A DNA stretch of 63,182 bases from an uncultured Candidatus Saccharibacteria bacterium. Lineage in GTDB: Bacteria > Patescibacteriota > UBA1384 > DATEAH01 > CAYPSR01. Positions within the stretch are counted from its first letter, which is position 1; every line of letters starts with the position of its first letter. Position numbers and translations under genes: made by a program. Shown piece after piece: positions 42,549 to 51,801 of this stretch. Below the pieces are notes generated by a model. It saw only the letters and a program-made list of their open reading frames with translations. It did no database searches and had not been told where the DNA came from. The stretch spans positions 1 through 63,182 of the forward strand of contig CAYPSR010000001.1 of the NCBI GenBank assembly GCA_964413595.1, given 5' to 3'.

Positions 42549-44255
42549 CTACTTAATCGGCTCTGTCGATGGTATCTGATAATATTCAAGCAACCATTTA
42601 GCTAAACTCCCGAATAATGGTGCCGCAGACTCCTCTGCCCAAGCTACCGTTTTAGGCTTATCTATTTTGACTAACATCACAAACCTTGGATTGTTTGCTG
42701 GAAAATATCCTATAAAAGAACCAATATTTTGATGTTCTAAATAACCACCATTTTCAAGATCAGGAATCTGGGCTGTTCCTGTTTTTCCAGCAACTTTATA
42801 ACCAGGAACAGCTGCTTTTTTGCCGTGGCCGTTTTCAACAACAGAAATAAGCATTTGAGTAATTTTATTAGCAGTTTCAGAACTTATAACCTGCGCAATT
42901 TCTTTTGGATTTCTTTCGAATGTCTTTCCATCTGGACTTACAATTTTCTCAGTAATATAAGGCTGCATCAGCTTACCATTATTTGCTAAAGCTATATATG
43001 CGTTTAGAAGCTGCAAGGGCGTAACTGATAATCCTTGACCAAAAGCCATGGTTGACATAGATACTTGGCTCATATTTTTTTCATCATAAACTCTTCCGCC
43101 AACTTCATTTTGCAAATCAATCCCTGTTCTTTCACCAAAGCCAAATTTACTAAGATATTTTGAAAACAACTGTTGCTTCAATTTATCAACAACCCAAACC
43201 ATCGCGACATTGTCAGAGTTCTCAAGCACCTGAGTCATAGTTTCCCTGCCGTAAGCTTCATTTGTTGATGTTCTAATTGTTCTATCTCTAACTTTTACAC
43301 TAGCCCCAAACACACCCTCTGTTTCGGGCTGAACAAGATTTTGATCAAGCGCCGCAGACATCGTAATAGCTTTAAAAGTGCTGCCTGGTTCGTAAACATA
43401 AGAAATTGATTGATTATTAAAAACATTTATATCATCAACTTTATTGAATTCATTCGGGTTATAGGAACTTGAGTTCGCCATAGCTAAAATTTTTCCGTTA
43501 GGCTCAGCAATCAAAACCGAACCACTTTCTGCCTGCGTTTCATCAATTCTAGCTTTCAACATTTTTTCAGCCATATATTGAACAGTGTGATCAATTGTCA
43601 AATAAATATCATCCCCGCTCTTATTGCCGGTTAAAAGAGAATTAATATTGTCAGTTAATTTTGATTGTGAAGTTTTCGACACAGCACCCTTTAATTCATC
43701 ATTATAAAAACCTTCAACTCCGTATCTTCCTTGTTTTTCTGCATCTACAAAACCCAATACCGTAGACATAAAACCATTTTCAGGATAATAACGATATTCC
43801 TCGGGAAGTATCATAACTCCAACCATTTTCATGCTTGCAATAGTTTCGGCCTTTATTTTATCTATTTTTTTAGCTATTGGTGGTAAATATGGTTTTTTAT
43901 TATTAATTTTGTTAAACAACTCTTTTTCATTTAAATTCAAAACTTTAGCCAATTTCTGGGCTGTATCAAGCGGATTTTTAATATTTCTTGGAATTACTGA
44001 AACTGAATATTTATGGACATTGGAAGCAACTGCATATGGTTCTTTTTCCCAAAGATCTTTTACAAAAATATTACCGCGCTGAGACGGTAATTCAGTAACT
44101 TTTAAATATTGATTTTGGGCAATTTCTTTATATTGACCCGATTGAATTATCTGTTTTTGAAATAATCTGACAGAGAGAACTATAAATAAAACCAAAAAAA
44201 TACCACCCAAAACCTTAAAACGGTCACCTAAAACATTTTCTTTTATAAAAGACAT
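42549..44255 (-). CDS. ftsI: class B penicillin-binding protein (FtsI/PBP2-type transpeptidase)
   Basis: TM anchor; 'EPGSTFKAIT', 'ENSDNV', 'AGKTGTA'. Confidence 0.92.
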   Translation of the reverse strand: MSFIKENVLGDRFKVLGGIFLVLFIVLSVRLFQKQIIQSGQYKEIAQNQYLKVTELPSQRGNIFVKDLWEKEPYAVASNVHKYSVSVIPRNIKNPLDTAQKLAKVLNLNEKELFNKINNKKPYLPPIAKKIDKIKAETIASMKMVGVMILPEEYRYYPENGFMSTVLGFVDAEKQGRYGVEGFYNDELKGAVSKTSQSKLTDNINSLLTGNKSGDDIYLTIDHTVQYMAEKMLKARIDETQAESGSVLIAEPNGKILAMANSSSYNPNEFNKVDDINVFNNQSISYVYEPGSTFKAITMSAALDQNLVQPETEGVFGASVKVRDRTIRTSTNEAYGRETMTQVLENSDNVAMVWVVDKLKQQLFSKYLSKFGFGERTGIDLQNEVGGRVYDEKNMSQVSMSTMAFGQGLSVTPLQLLNAYIALANNGKLMQPYITEKIVSPDGKTFERNPKEIAQVISSETANKITQMLISVVENGHGKKAAVPGYKVAGKTGTAQIPDLENGGYLEHQNIGSFIGYFPANNPRFVMLVKIDKPKTVAWAEESAAPLFGSLAKWLLEYYQIPSTEPIK

Positions 44256-44370
44256 CTGTCGCTTTGCTCCAAATCACAAATTACAAGATGCGAATTCCAA
44301 AAAAAATTACAATTTCAAATATTTTGAATTTGATATTTCTTGTTTCTTGCTTCTTGTCTCTTATTATATA

Positions 44371-44727
44371 TTATTTCTGTGAAAGTTGGTTCTGCGGAAG
44401 ATTATTGGCGTACAAGATGTTTGTTGCCTCTGACATTTTCATTGCTTGCGCTGTATTTTCAATAGAAGAAATCGATTTCAGCTGATTAGATTGAAGCTGT
44501 AGAGTTTCGGATTCACTTGTTAATTCTTCTTTTACATCTTGATATTTTTTTATTTCTTGTCTTTTGTTTGAAGATAATTGACTTTGAACCAGATAAAAAA
44601 TCGCTAGTACTGAAAAAATTATAATAGTTAAAAATCTGATGGAGACTGAGCCCATTTTAAATTCTGGTTTTAAAGATCGTCTTTTCGCTCCTAAGACTCC
44701 AGTTTGAGTAATTGAAATTACTTTCAT
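44371..44727 (-). CDS. FtsL-like membrane protein with coiled coil
   Basis: TM helix 'FLTIIIFSVLAIFYLV' followed by a heptad-like segment. Position upstream of ftsI. Confidence 0.5.
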   Translation of the reverse strand: MKVISITQTGVLGAKRRSLKPEFKMGSVSIRFLTIIIFSVLAIFYLVQSQLSSNKRQEIKKYQDVKEELTSESETLQLQSNQLKSISSIENTAQAMKMSEATNILYANNLPQNQLSQK

Positions 44728-44762
44728 AATAAGTATTAAGAGATAAGAAATTAGAAATAAGG

Positions 44763-45122
44763 TTATTTGTGATATTTAATTAATCCTGAAATCATTTTCG
44801 TAATTTCTTTAATTTCTCCTCTAAACTCCTTTCTTTTATCTTTATTAATGATATTAAGTTGATAAAATATTTCAAACAACAATATACTTTCAAATGCTGA
44901 TCCCTTTGCAATTCTATAAAAGTAAATCTTTTCCTTAGAAGAATTCCTTCCATTACCTTCGGCAATATTTAATGAAATTGATATTATTGCTCGAATTAAT
45001 TGACTTCTAATGCTTTGATATTCATAAGGAATAGGCTTCAACAACTTGATAATGGTTATAGATAAATCCAGCGATTTCTGATATACTTTCAATTTCTTAA
45101 AAATAAAAATATTTTCTTCCAT
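44763..45122 (-). CDS. four-helix-bundle protein (23S rRNA intervening-sequence protein / Avd-like family)
   Basis: 'LKVYQKSLDL...IRSQLIRAIISISLNIAEGNGR.SSKEKIYFYRIAKGSAFE'. Confidence 0.85.
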   Translation of the reverse strand: MEENIFIFKKLKVYQKSLDLSITIIKLLKPIPYEYQSIRSQLIRAIISISLNIAEGNGRNSSKEKIYFYRIAKGSAFESILLFEIFYQLNIINKDKRKEFRGEIKEITKMISGLIKYHK

Positions 45123-45180
45123 CTTGTCTTATTTTCTACTCTTATTTCTTATCTCTCATTTCTTCCTACTTATTTGGGTA

Positions 45181-45296
45181 ACTAGCAGCTAGCCCAATGA
45201 GGGAGAAAGGAGGTGACACTATTTCGTGAAATCCCCTCCTTAAGAGTTTTCCACGAAATTATATATATGCTGTCTCTTTTGAGACTAGCCGCTAGT
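45181..45296 (-). ncRNA. candidate structured RNA: 12-bp closing stem, interleaved stems (pseudoknot) and a small hairpin
   Basis: actagcagctag (45181-92) / ctagccgctagt (45285-96), with a G-U pair only in minus sense. aaggagg (45207-13) / cctcctt (45235-41) interleaved with atttcgtg (45221-28) / cacgaaat (45252-59). gtctc-tttt-gagac (45272-85). Confidence 0.3.
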
Positions 45297-45414
45297 AAAT
45301 TAATTAGAATTGTGAATCTAGAATATGAATTATGCATTTCTGCCTTGTTTGAACTTTATGATTTATGATTTGATCCAAAATTCGGATTTAGGATTTCGGA
45401 TTTTCAGATTTGGG

Positions 45415-45846
45415 CTAAACCCCTAAATCGGTCAAATGTTCAGCAATCTCGGCTGATTCGCTTTCCATATCTTTCGAATATGTCTCCCAGTTTGCCTTAT
45501 CCCACATTTCTATCTTGTTGTATAATCCAATGATAACTACATCACTTTTAAATCCGGCATATTTCCGCAAATACTGAGGTATAACAACCCTTCCTTGTTT
45601 ATCAAGCTCTATATCCATTGCGCCAGATAACATTAATCTTGAAAACGCTCTTGCATCTGCTTGCGTTAAAGGAAGTTTGGCTAGTTTTTTAGCCATTTTC
45701 TCCCATTCCTCGAGTGTATAAACAATCAATGAATTGTCTAAACCTCGGGTAACAACACATCCAGATGCCAAAGACGACCTAAACTTTGCAGGCAGAGCAA
45801 CCCTTCCCTTAGAATCAATTGAGTGTGTAAATTCTCCAATAAACAT
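45415..45846 (-). CDS. mraZ: transcriptional regulator MraZ
   Basis: 'MFIGEFTHSIDSKGRVALPAKFR' and a second 'DKQGRVVIPQYLR' SpoVT/AbrB-like repeat. Confidence 0.93.
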   Translation of the reverse strand: MFIGEFTHSIDSKGRVALPAKFRSSLASGCVVTRGLDNSLIVYTLEEWEKMAKKLAKLPLTQADARAFSRLMLSGAMDIELDKQGRVVIPQYLRKYAGFKSDVVIIGLYNKIEMWDKANWETYSKDMESESAEIAEHLTDLGV

Positions 45847-45948
45847 CTTTTTAATCTTACAAATGATACAAATTTATACAAACATACAAATGTTTATTCT
45901 GCGTAAATCCGCGTTTTCTTATTTTCTGCGTGGATCTGCGCCAGTTAC

Positions 45949-45989
45949 TTATCCACAGGTTGCCCCACTTATCCCCACTTTTATCCACA
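45949..45989 (-). promoter_or_regulatory. four direct GTGG(G/A) repeats at 10-10-12 nt spacing (candidate MraZ operator); two of them are perfect DnaA boxes TTATCCACA
   Basis: Plus strand: ttatccaca (45949-57), ccccac within 45960-68, ttatcccca (45969-77), ttatccaca (45981-89). Lies 100-140 nt upstream of the mraZ ATG. Confidence 0.55.
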
Positions 45990-46155
45990 ATCAACCTACA
46001 AGTCCTATTATATACCACTGGAAATACGTGTCAAGCCCCACAAATATGAATATTTTCCAAACAAAAAATCAGGCCAAAACATACCCAATCTATGCACAAA
46101 ACCATTATTACATAAATTCGGTCACCGTTATGACATATAATTTAAAGTTTATTAA

Positions 46156-46182
46156 AAACGGCTGGATTTTATCCAGCCGTTT
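46156..46182 (-). terminator. intrinsic terminator
   Basis: Minus sense AAACGGCTGGA-TAAAA-TCCAGCCGTTT followed by TTTAAT, 27 nt after the 46209 stop. Confidence 0.65.
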
Positions 46183-46208
46183 AAATGAACCGTATTATTT
46201 AAAAAAAA

Positions 46209-46574
46209 TTAGAATCGTCCGCTAGAAACAAAAATAATAAAAATAATTACGAATATTGTTATACTCATAAACAAATCTTTAAGAGTTACCTTTACTTTAA
46301 GTTTCTTTTGCCGAACAGCTAATATAATTCCCAAGATAATTGAAACCAACAACAAAATAACAGTTAAAACTGATATCCCATATGATACTCCAGAAACCCC
46401 ATCAATCACTTGATTTGAAGCAATATTATTTCCAATCTGAATATTTGGTATTAAGCTCAATCCATTTCCAGAGTTCGTCATAGCCCATAAATAACAAAGT
46501 AATCCAGCTAACACTGCACTGACCAAATTAATTGCCCTTTGAACACCACCGACAATTTGTGAAAATGTTTTCAT
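46209..46574 (-). CDS. membrane protein, unknown function
   Basis: Three hydrophobic helices; 121 aa. Confidence 0.55.
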   Translation of the reverse strand: MKTFSQIVGGVQRAINLVSAVLAGLLCYLWAMTNSGNGLSLIPNIQIGNNIASNQVIDGVSGVSYGISVLTVILLLVSIILGIILAVRQKKLKVKVTLKDLFMSITIFVIIFIIFVSSGRF

Positions 46575-46601
46575 TTTTCCTCCAAATAATTATTTTCTAT
46601 T

Positions 46602-47261
46602 TTATTTTGTGCTTAGCGGAGTTTCTGAAACATTTGAAACGCTCGCAACATCAGCCTTAGTCATCGATTCAGTATAATATGCTAAATATAGCTTATTTAA
46701 TTTAAATGTCGCACTACCTTCTAAAACCTTGTCACCTAGAGTTATACCCAACATTTTTGACACCAAATCTTTATTAAGTAATATATTTTCACCAGTCCTC
46801 ACTTCTTCTCCACTAGCGGTTGAGTTTGAATCAGGAATATTTATATCAATAGATGGAATCTTCACTAAATTGTTATCATCAAAAACTTCTAAATATAAAT
46901 TAGCCTCTCCAGTAAATTCTGATGTAGGTAAATATCGATAATTTCCAATTACTTCAATATCTCCAGCAAGTTCAATATAATAATTATGATTGCTCAATGT
47001 ATTGCCAAAAGCTGCAATTTCTTCGGAAGAACTATCAATTTGATTAACATTAGTATAAGTATCAATTTTCGAAATCGTCCATTCTCCTAGTTTGTCACCA
47101 ACCTTTAATTTACTTACATCTGTTTTAATGATTCCTACTGTAGATTCATCGGGGGCTTTATTACTTGACTCAGCAAAATTTTTTGTAAAATACCAAGTGA
47201 CAAAAACCGCCACTACCCCTGTAATAACTATAGCAATAACCACTGACCATAAAGTTTTCAT
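46602..47261 (-). CDS. membrane-anchored secreted protein, unknown function
   Basis: Trimmed to Met5 (GGAGG 6 nt upstream). N-terminal anchor 'LWSVVIAIVITGVVAVFVTWYF'. Confidence 0.6.
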   Translation of the reverse strand: MKTLWSVVIAIVITGVVAVFVTWYFTKNFAESSNKAPDESTVGIIKTDVSKLKVGDKLGEWTISKIDTYTNVNQIDSSSEEIAAFGNTLSNHNYYIELAGDIEVIGNYRYLPTSEFTGEANLYLEVFDDNNLVKIPSIDINIPDSNSTASGEEVRTGENILLNKDLVSKMLGITLGDKVLEGSATFKLNKLYLAYYTESMTKADVASVSNVSETPLSTK

Positions 47262-47579
47262 TTTTTCCTCCATTTTATTATTATATACTACTTTTATTTT
47301 ACCCCCCCCATTAATTTGTCAAGCTCTATACGACCATATCGGATGAAATAATAAAACAAACCGACAATCAGATAATTTCGCATATGCTTTATAATATTAC
47401 GCTTGTGATATAAAAAAAGATATTACAAAATAAAATAACCCAACGAATTGCAACGATCGACGCATTTTGTTAAAGATTATTTATTTTTTAAATTTTATAA
47501 AAAGATTTTAGTAAATGCAATTATTATTAAAAAAGCTGACAATTATTGCCAGCCGTTAAAATTAATATTAACAAACCGA

Positions 47580-47600
47580 ATCCCACCTCGTAGGTGGGAT
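47580..47600 (-). terminator. hairpin atcccacc-tcgt-aggtgggat downstream of the GNAT gene
   Basis: 8-bp GC-containing stem. The T tract is weak (TTCGGTTTGTT). Confidence 0.4.
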
Positions 47601-47608
47601 TTTCAGGT

Positions 47609-48013
47609 CTATTTCTTCCACTCAAAAACCAAAGAACCTTTTCGAAGTTTAAATCCGGCTTTTTTATAAAAATCTTTTAGTTTCGGGTTTGTTGGATCTG
47701 TCAGTAGTTGAACTCTCATTGTTTTAACAGATTTAGCCAATGCTCTAACTAATTTAGTTCCAATGCCTTTTTGCCGATGATTCTTATCAACAACTAAATC
47801 TACAATAAAACTATATCTTACATTATCTCCAATAATTCTACCAACGCCAACTATTTCTTCACCGTCAGCCACAATCCCAACCGCCTGTGCATTTAAAATC
47901 ATACTTTCTAAATAATTGTCGTCTGAATATCCATCAATTCTAATATAAGCATCTTTTAAAAGCTTTAGGTTTTTTAGAGTTGGATTTTTTTTGAAGATTT
48001 TAATTTTAAACAT
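47609..48013 (-). CDS. GNAT family N-acetyltransferase
   Basis: 'VVDKNHRQKGIGTKLVRAL' acetyl-CoA-binding motif. Confidence 0.85.
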   Translation of the reverse strand: MFKIKIFKKNPTLKNLKLLKDAYIRIDGYSDDNYLESMILNAQAVGIVADGEEIVGVGRIIGDNVRYSFIVDLVVDKNHRQKGIGTKLVRALAKSVKTMRVQLLTDPTNPKLKDFYKKAGFKLRKGSLVFEWKK

Positions 48014-48074
48014 ATGCCCGATTCTTTTTAAGCTTTAATAATTTCCACAACATAAGTCTAGTCTATATAACTTA

Positions 48075-48269
48075 TTATCTCATTTGGCTAGGTAAAAGCA
48101 GTGATACGTCGGAAAATTGATTTGCTAAATACGATTGCAATAAAAAATAACCAATTATTAGCAACACTAAAAGTATCAAACCGATGATCCAAAGATTTTT
48201 ATTTTTCTTTACTAAACCGATAAAGATTAGCGCTAAGAAAATTAACAGAATTAAGACAAAAATTATCAT
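48075..48269 (-). CDS. small two-TM membrane protein
   Basis: 64 aa, two hydrophobic helices. Confidence 0.45.
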   Translation of the reverse strand: MIIFVLILLIFLALIFIGLVKKNKNLWIIGLILLVLLIIGYFLLQSYLANQFSDVSLLLPSQMR

Positions 48270-48308
48270 TTAATACCTCTCCAAGTTATTTCTACTCTCT
48301 ACTTTATA

Positions 48309-49757
48309 TTATTTTATCTTCTTTCTAATATATTCTTTCAAGTCCCCAATCGCAACCCTAGCTTGTTTCATAGTATCGCGGTCACGAATGGTAACTTTTT
48401 TATCTTTTAAACTATCAAAATCAAATGTTAGACAATATGGAGTTCCGATTTCGTCTTGTCTTCTATATCTTCGACCAATTGATCCGCCCTCATCATATTC
48501 AATTGCCCCAAATTCTTGTTTTAGGTCTTGATATATTTTTTTAGCATCAGGTGATAATTTTTTGCTTAATGGCAGAACCGCTGCTTTTACTGGCGCAATT
48601 TTAGGATCAAAATGCATTACCACTTCTTTTTCTACACCGGTTTCTGACTCAGACCTCCCACCTTTTACCTCTTCATAATTATCACAAATAATAGCCAAAA
48701 ACATCCTACCCATTCCCATTGTTGGCTCAATAACATATGGCAAATATTTCTTCCCTGATTGTTCATCAAAATATTGAAGATCTTTTCCACTCGCTTCTTG
48801 GTGTGATTTTAGATCAAAATCTGTTCTATTCGCCAAACCAGTTAATTCTTTAGTTCCGAAAGGAAACTTGTACTGCAAATCTACAGTTCTTTTTGAATAG
48901 TGCGAAAGTTCTGCTTTTGGATGCTCATGTTCTTCGATATTTTTTAAATCAATACCAATTGCCGAAACAAAATCTTTCCATTCTTTCAACCATTTTTCAA
49001 ACCATATCTCATCTTCCCCTGCTTGCCCCGAGCCTGGTCGAGGGGGCATAACAAAATATTCAATTTCTGCAATTTCAAACTCGCGAACACGAAAAAGGTA
49101 TTCTCCGGTTGTAATTTCATTTCTAAAACATTTTCCAATTTGAGCAATACCAAACGGGAGTTTCTTTCTTGTTGAATCTACAACATTTTTAAAATTAACA
49201 AACATGCCCTGTGCAGTTTCTGGCCTTAAATATGTCATATCCTCATTATCATCAACTGGCCCAACATATGTTTTAAACATCGTGTTAAAAGATTTCTCAT
49301 CAGTCAAATCACCTTCACATTTTAGACATTTTGTTTGCGATTTGGAGTTTGATATTTGTTTGGAATTTGTTTCTTGTGATTTGAGATTTTCGATTTCGTC
49401 TAATCGAAATCGGCTATGGCATTTTTTACATTCAACCAAAGGGTCTGTAAATCCCTTTTCGTGACCCGATGCTTGCCAAACTTTTCGGTTCATCAAAACT
49501 GAAGAATCAATTCCAATCACATCATCTCTTTTTTCAACAAAAGTTTTCCACCAAAGGTTTTTTATATTTCTATATAATTCAACTCCGTATGGCCCAAAAT
49601 CGTAAACTCCACCAATTCCCCCATAAATCTCAGATGACGGATAAACAAAACCGCGTCTCTTTGCCCAAGAAACGATTGCTTGCATTTTACTTGTTCTGAG
49701 CGCAGTCGAAGAATTGTCTGATTTTTGTTCTAATTTTTTGTCTGATTTTTCAACCAT
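48309..49757 (-). CDS. glyQS: glycine--tRNA ligase (class II, GlyQS type)
   Basis: 'YGGIGGVYDFGPYG', 'RPETAQG', 'FRNEITTG', 'GGSIGRRYRRQDEIGTP'. Trimmed to Met23 (AAGGAG SD); the track extension covers a repeat. Confidence 0.92.
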   Translation of the reverse strand: MVEKSDKKLEQKSDNSSTALRTSKMQAIVSWAKRRGFVYPSSEIYGGIGGVYDFGPYGVELYRNIKNLWWKTFVEKRDDVIGIDSSVLMNRKVWQASGHEKGFTDPLVECKKCHSRFRLDEIENLKSQETNSKQISNSKSQTKCLKCEGDLTDEKSFNTMFKTYVGPVDDNEDMTYLRPETAQGMFVNFKNVVDSTRKKLPFGIAQIGKCFRNEITTGEYLFRVREFEIAEIEYFVMPPRPGSGQAGEDEIWFEKWLKEWKDFVSAIGIDLKNIEEHEHPKAELSHYSKRTVDLQYKFPFGTKELTGLANRTDFDLKSHQEASGKDLQYFDEQSGKKYLPYVIEPTMGMGRMFLAIICDNYEEVKGGRSESETGVEKEVVMHFDPKIAPVKAAVLPLSKKLSPDAKKIYQDLKQEFGAIEYDEGGSIGRRYRRQDEIGTPYCLTFDFDSLKDKKVTIRDRDTMKQARVAIGDLKEYIRKKIK

Positions 49758-49777
49758 ATTTTTACTCCTTTCAAACC

Positions 49778-49853
49778 GTGTCATCCCCGACCAGATCGGA
49801 AATCCAAGATAGAAATCTATCATATAGATCCCGCATCAAGTGCGGGATGACAA
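49778..49853. repeat. MITE-like hairpin repeat, family A
   Basis: gtgtcatccccgaccagatcggaaatccaagatagaaatctatcatatagatcccgcatcaagtgcgggatgacaa. Confidence 0.8.
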
Positions 49854-49931
49854 AGTTACTTTAAAAACTACACAAAATTTTATTAGTTCTAATTTTAATT
49901 ATACCAAATTCCCCACCCCAAAGTCCAAAAA

Positions 49932-50897
49932 CTATTCTTGTTCAACTATCGGGGTTGTAAATTTGCCTTGTAAAATCTGCCAACCCTGTGGTTTTAAATC
50001 TTCATGACTAAAATATTGAGTTGTAATATCACAACTAAGCGAAGGGTCTAGACCATTGTATCTAAAATCTGATACAAAATATGGCGCCATAGACTTCTGG
50101 TGCATCTCTGGATTATAAACCCATGAGGTTAATTTTGTAATTTGCCCCTCATCATTTCTTATAAAATCAACATCCGCTTGCCAAAGACCACCGCTTAACT
50201 GTATGGGATAAGATGCATGAGTAACCCGATCATCAGCACCTATAATAACACCACCAGTAAATCCTTTTTGATTCGGCAATCCAGGAAAGTAAAAATACTC
50301 TGTTACAATACGCATTCCACCATTTTTAGTCTTATACATCCTTATTAATCTTTTATCAACCAGATGACCAAGTTGATCAGCGATTTCTAATGACAAATCA
50401 CCATCAGTATGTTGAGATAAAGCAAAACAAGAAACTTCTGAAGTATTTTCATTTTCAATATCATAAACACAACCTATTTGATCTTCACAAAAACTAATTC
50501 TTGATCTGTAATCTGCTTCATCTACTGTCTTTCCCCACCTGTGGTTTTTGACAATTAATTGATTTTTACTCAAAGAAATATCTCCTGAATAATAACCTAC
50601 TTCTCCGCTTATATTTTTTGTGTCGTAACCAATTCGATGAATGCCTTTATGATCTTGTGTATGACTAAACATAACTGATTTATAAGATCTCACTCCCCCA
50701 TAATCAGCCAAATTAACTCGATACATTCCTTGCGCAATCATTTCTGCCATTAAAAGTTCGTCATAAGATCCAAATAATCTCATTAATCTTGGAATAGTTT
50801 CTAAGGTTAATTTTTGAGTTTCAAGCTCGGGCAACAAAACCTCTGGCCTAATTCTTTCCCCTTCTTGCTGTGGTAAATGTCCACCTGTTTCTGCCAT
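49932..50897 (-). CDS. hypothetical protein of atypical composition; fused-form paralogue of 52072..52704 plus 51802..52065
   Basis: 'IPRLMRLFGSYDELLMAEMIAQGMYRV' vs 'LWPILRSLGSYREFMMGELTQQGLRRV'. C-terminal 'FRYNGLDPSLSCDITTQYFSHEDLKPQGWQIL' vs 'FNYSGDECNVYTQLGHGNLPENWNVL'. Confidence 0.65.
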   Translation of the reverse strand: MAETGGHLPQQEGERIRPEVLLPELETQKLTLETIPRLMRLFGSYDELLMAEMIAQGMYRVNLADYGGVRSYKSVMFSHTQDHKGIHRIGYDTKNISGEVGYYSGDISLSKNQLIVKNHRWGKTVDEADYRSRISFCEDQIGCVYDIENENTSEVSCFALSQHTDGDLSLEIADQLGHLVDKRLIRMYKTKNGGMRIVTEYFYFPGLPNQKGFTGGVIIGADDRVTHASYPIQLSGGLWQADVDFIRNDEGQITKLTSWVYNPEMHQKSMAPYFVSDFRYNGLDPSLSCDITTQYFSHEDLKPQGWQILQGKFTTPIVEQE

Positions 50898-51036
50898 AAT
50901 AATCTCCTATTTTTATTTTTATAAACTTATTTCATAACTCCAAATCATTGCTATAATTCTATAGAATAACAGAATACTATCTTTAGCATTTTTTGATACT
51001 ATTATTTTTTTTCTTTTTAAAATCTGTCATCCCGGA

Positions 51037-51774
51037 TCAAGTCAGGAATGGCAGCAAGGCTGTCACTTTTTTCAAATCCTCTGGCGTGTTAATTCCAAAA
51101 GCTTCTTGGGATTTCTTACAAATTATTCCCTCAACTGCTTCACCCTGAGATATTGCCAAGCCAACCGTATCGGTCAAATAATATTCACCTTGCTTATTTA
51201 ATTTCTTTAATTTACCAATATTATTAAAAAGCCAAAAATTATCAAAAGCATAAAAACTTGCGTGCATTTCGCGAACTTTTAATTCCTGTTTGCTACAATC
51301 TTTTGTTTCGACAATTTTAATTACTTTCCCAAATTTGTCTCTAATAGTTCTTCCGTAATTAAATGAATCAGGAATTTTTGCTGAAGTAATAGTAATCTTG
51401 GGTCGAGCTTTTCTAAAAGTATGAATAATTTTACGAGCGGTTTTTAAACTCCACAAAGGCATATCAGCAAAATACACCAAGGTAATTCCCTTTTTTCCTT
51501 TTAACAATTTTGATGCTGATTTTACTGCATGTCCTGTTCCAAACTGTTGATATTGGATAACATATTTAGCACGATTTTTTAAATACTTTATAATTTGATC
51601 TTTTTTATATCCAACAACCACGATTGGTTTTACTTTTAATTTTTCAGCCAATTTAACCGCATATTCAATGAAGGGTTTATTATTTAATAAAACCATCGCC
51701 TTGGGTTTACCTTCAGCAAGTTTCTCTAGCCGAGTTCCCTTTCCTGCTGCTAAAATTATGATATTTATTTTCAT
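51037..51774 (-). CDS. sugar-phosphate nucleotidyltransferase (GlmU N-terminal-domain-like)
   Basis: 'IIILAAGKGTRL' and 'QFGTGHAV'. The last codons run into a family A half repeat (51024-51054). Confidence 0.8.
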   Translation of the reverse strand: MKINIIILAAGKGTRLEKLAEGKPKAMVLLNNKPFIEYAVKLAEKLKVKPIVVVGYKKDQIIKYLKNRAKYVIQYQQFGTGHAVKSASKLLKGKKGITLVYFADMPLWSLKTARKIIHTFRKARPKITITSAKIPDSFNYGRTIRDKFGKVIKIVETKDCSKQELKVREMHASFYAFDNFWLFNNIGKLKKLNKQGEYYLTDTVGLAISQGEAVEGIICKKSQEAFGINTPEDLKKVTALLPFLT

Positions 51775-51801
51775 TTTTAGATATTCTACAAGTGTTACAA
51801 A

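Noticed and set aside
44763-45122. Diversity-generating retroelement, because the four-helix-bundle protein is Avd-like
   Set aside because: There is no reverse transcriptase ORF anywhere in the window, and I saw no template/variable repeat pair.
45949-45989. Chromosomal replication origin (oriC), suggested by two perfect and one near-perfect DnaA boxes
   Set aside because: Gene orientation does not switch here: minus-strand genes continue on both sides. No dnaA or dnaN is nearby and no AT-rich unwinding repeats are evident. The boxes coincide with 10-nt-phased GTGG repeats directly upstream of mraZ, which fits an operator better. A GC-skew calculation was not possible here.
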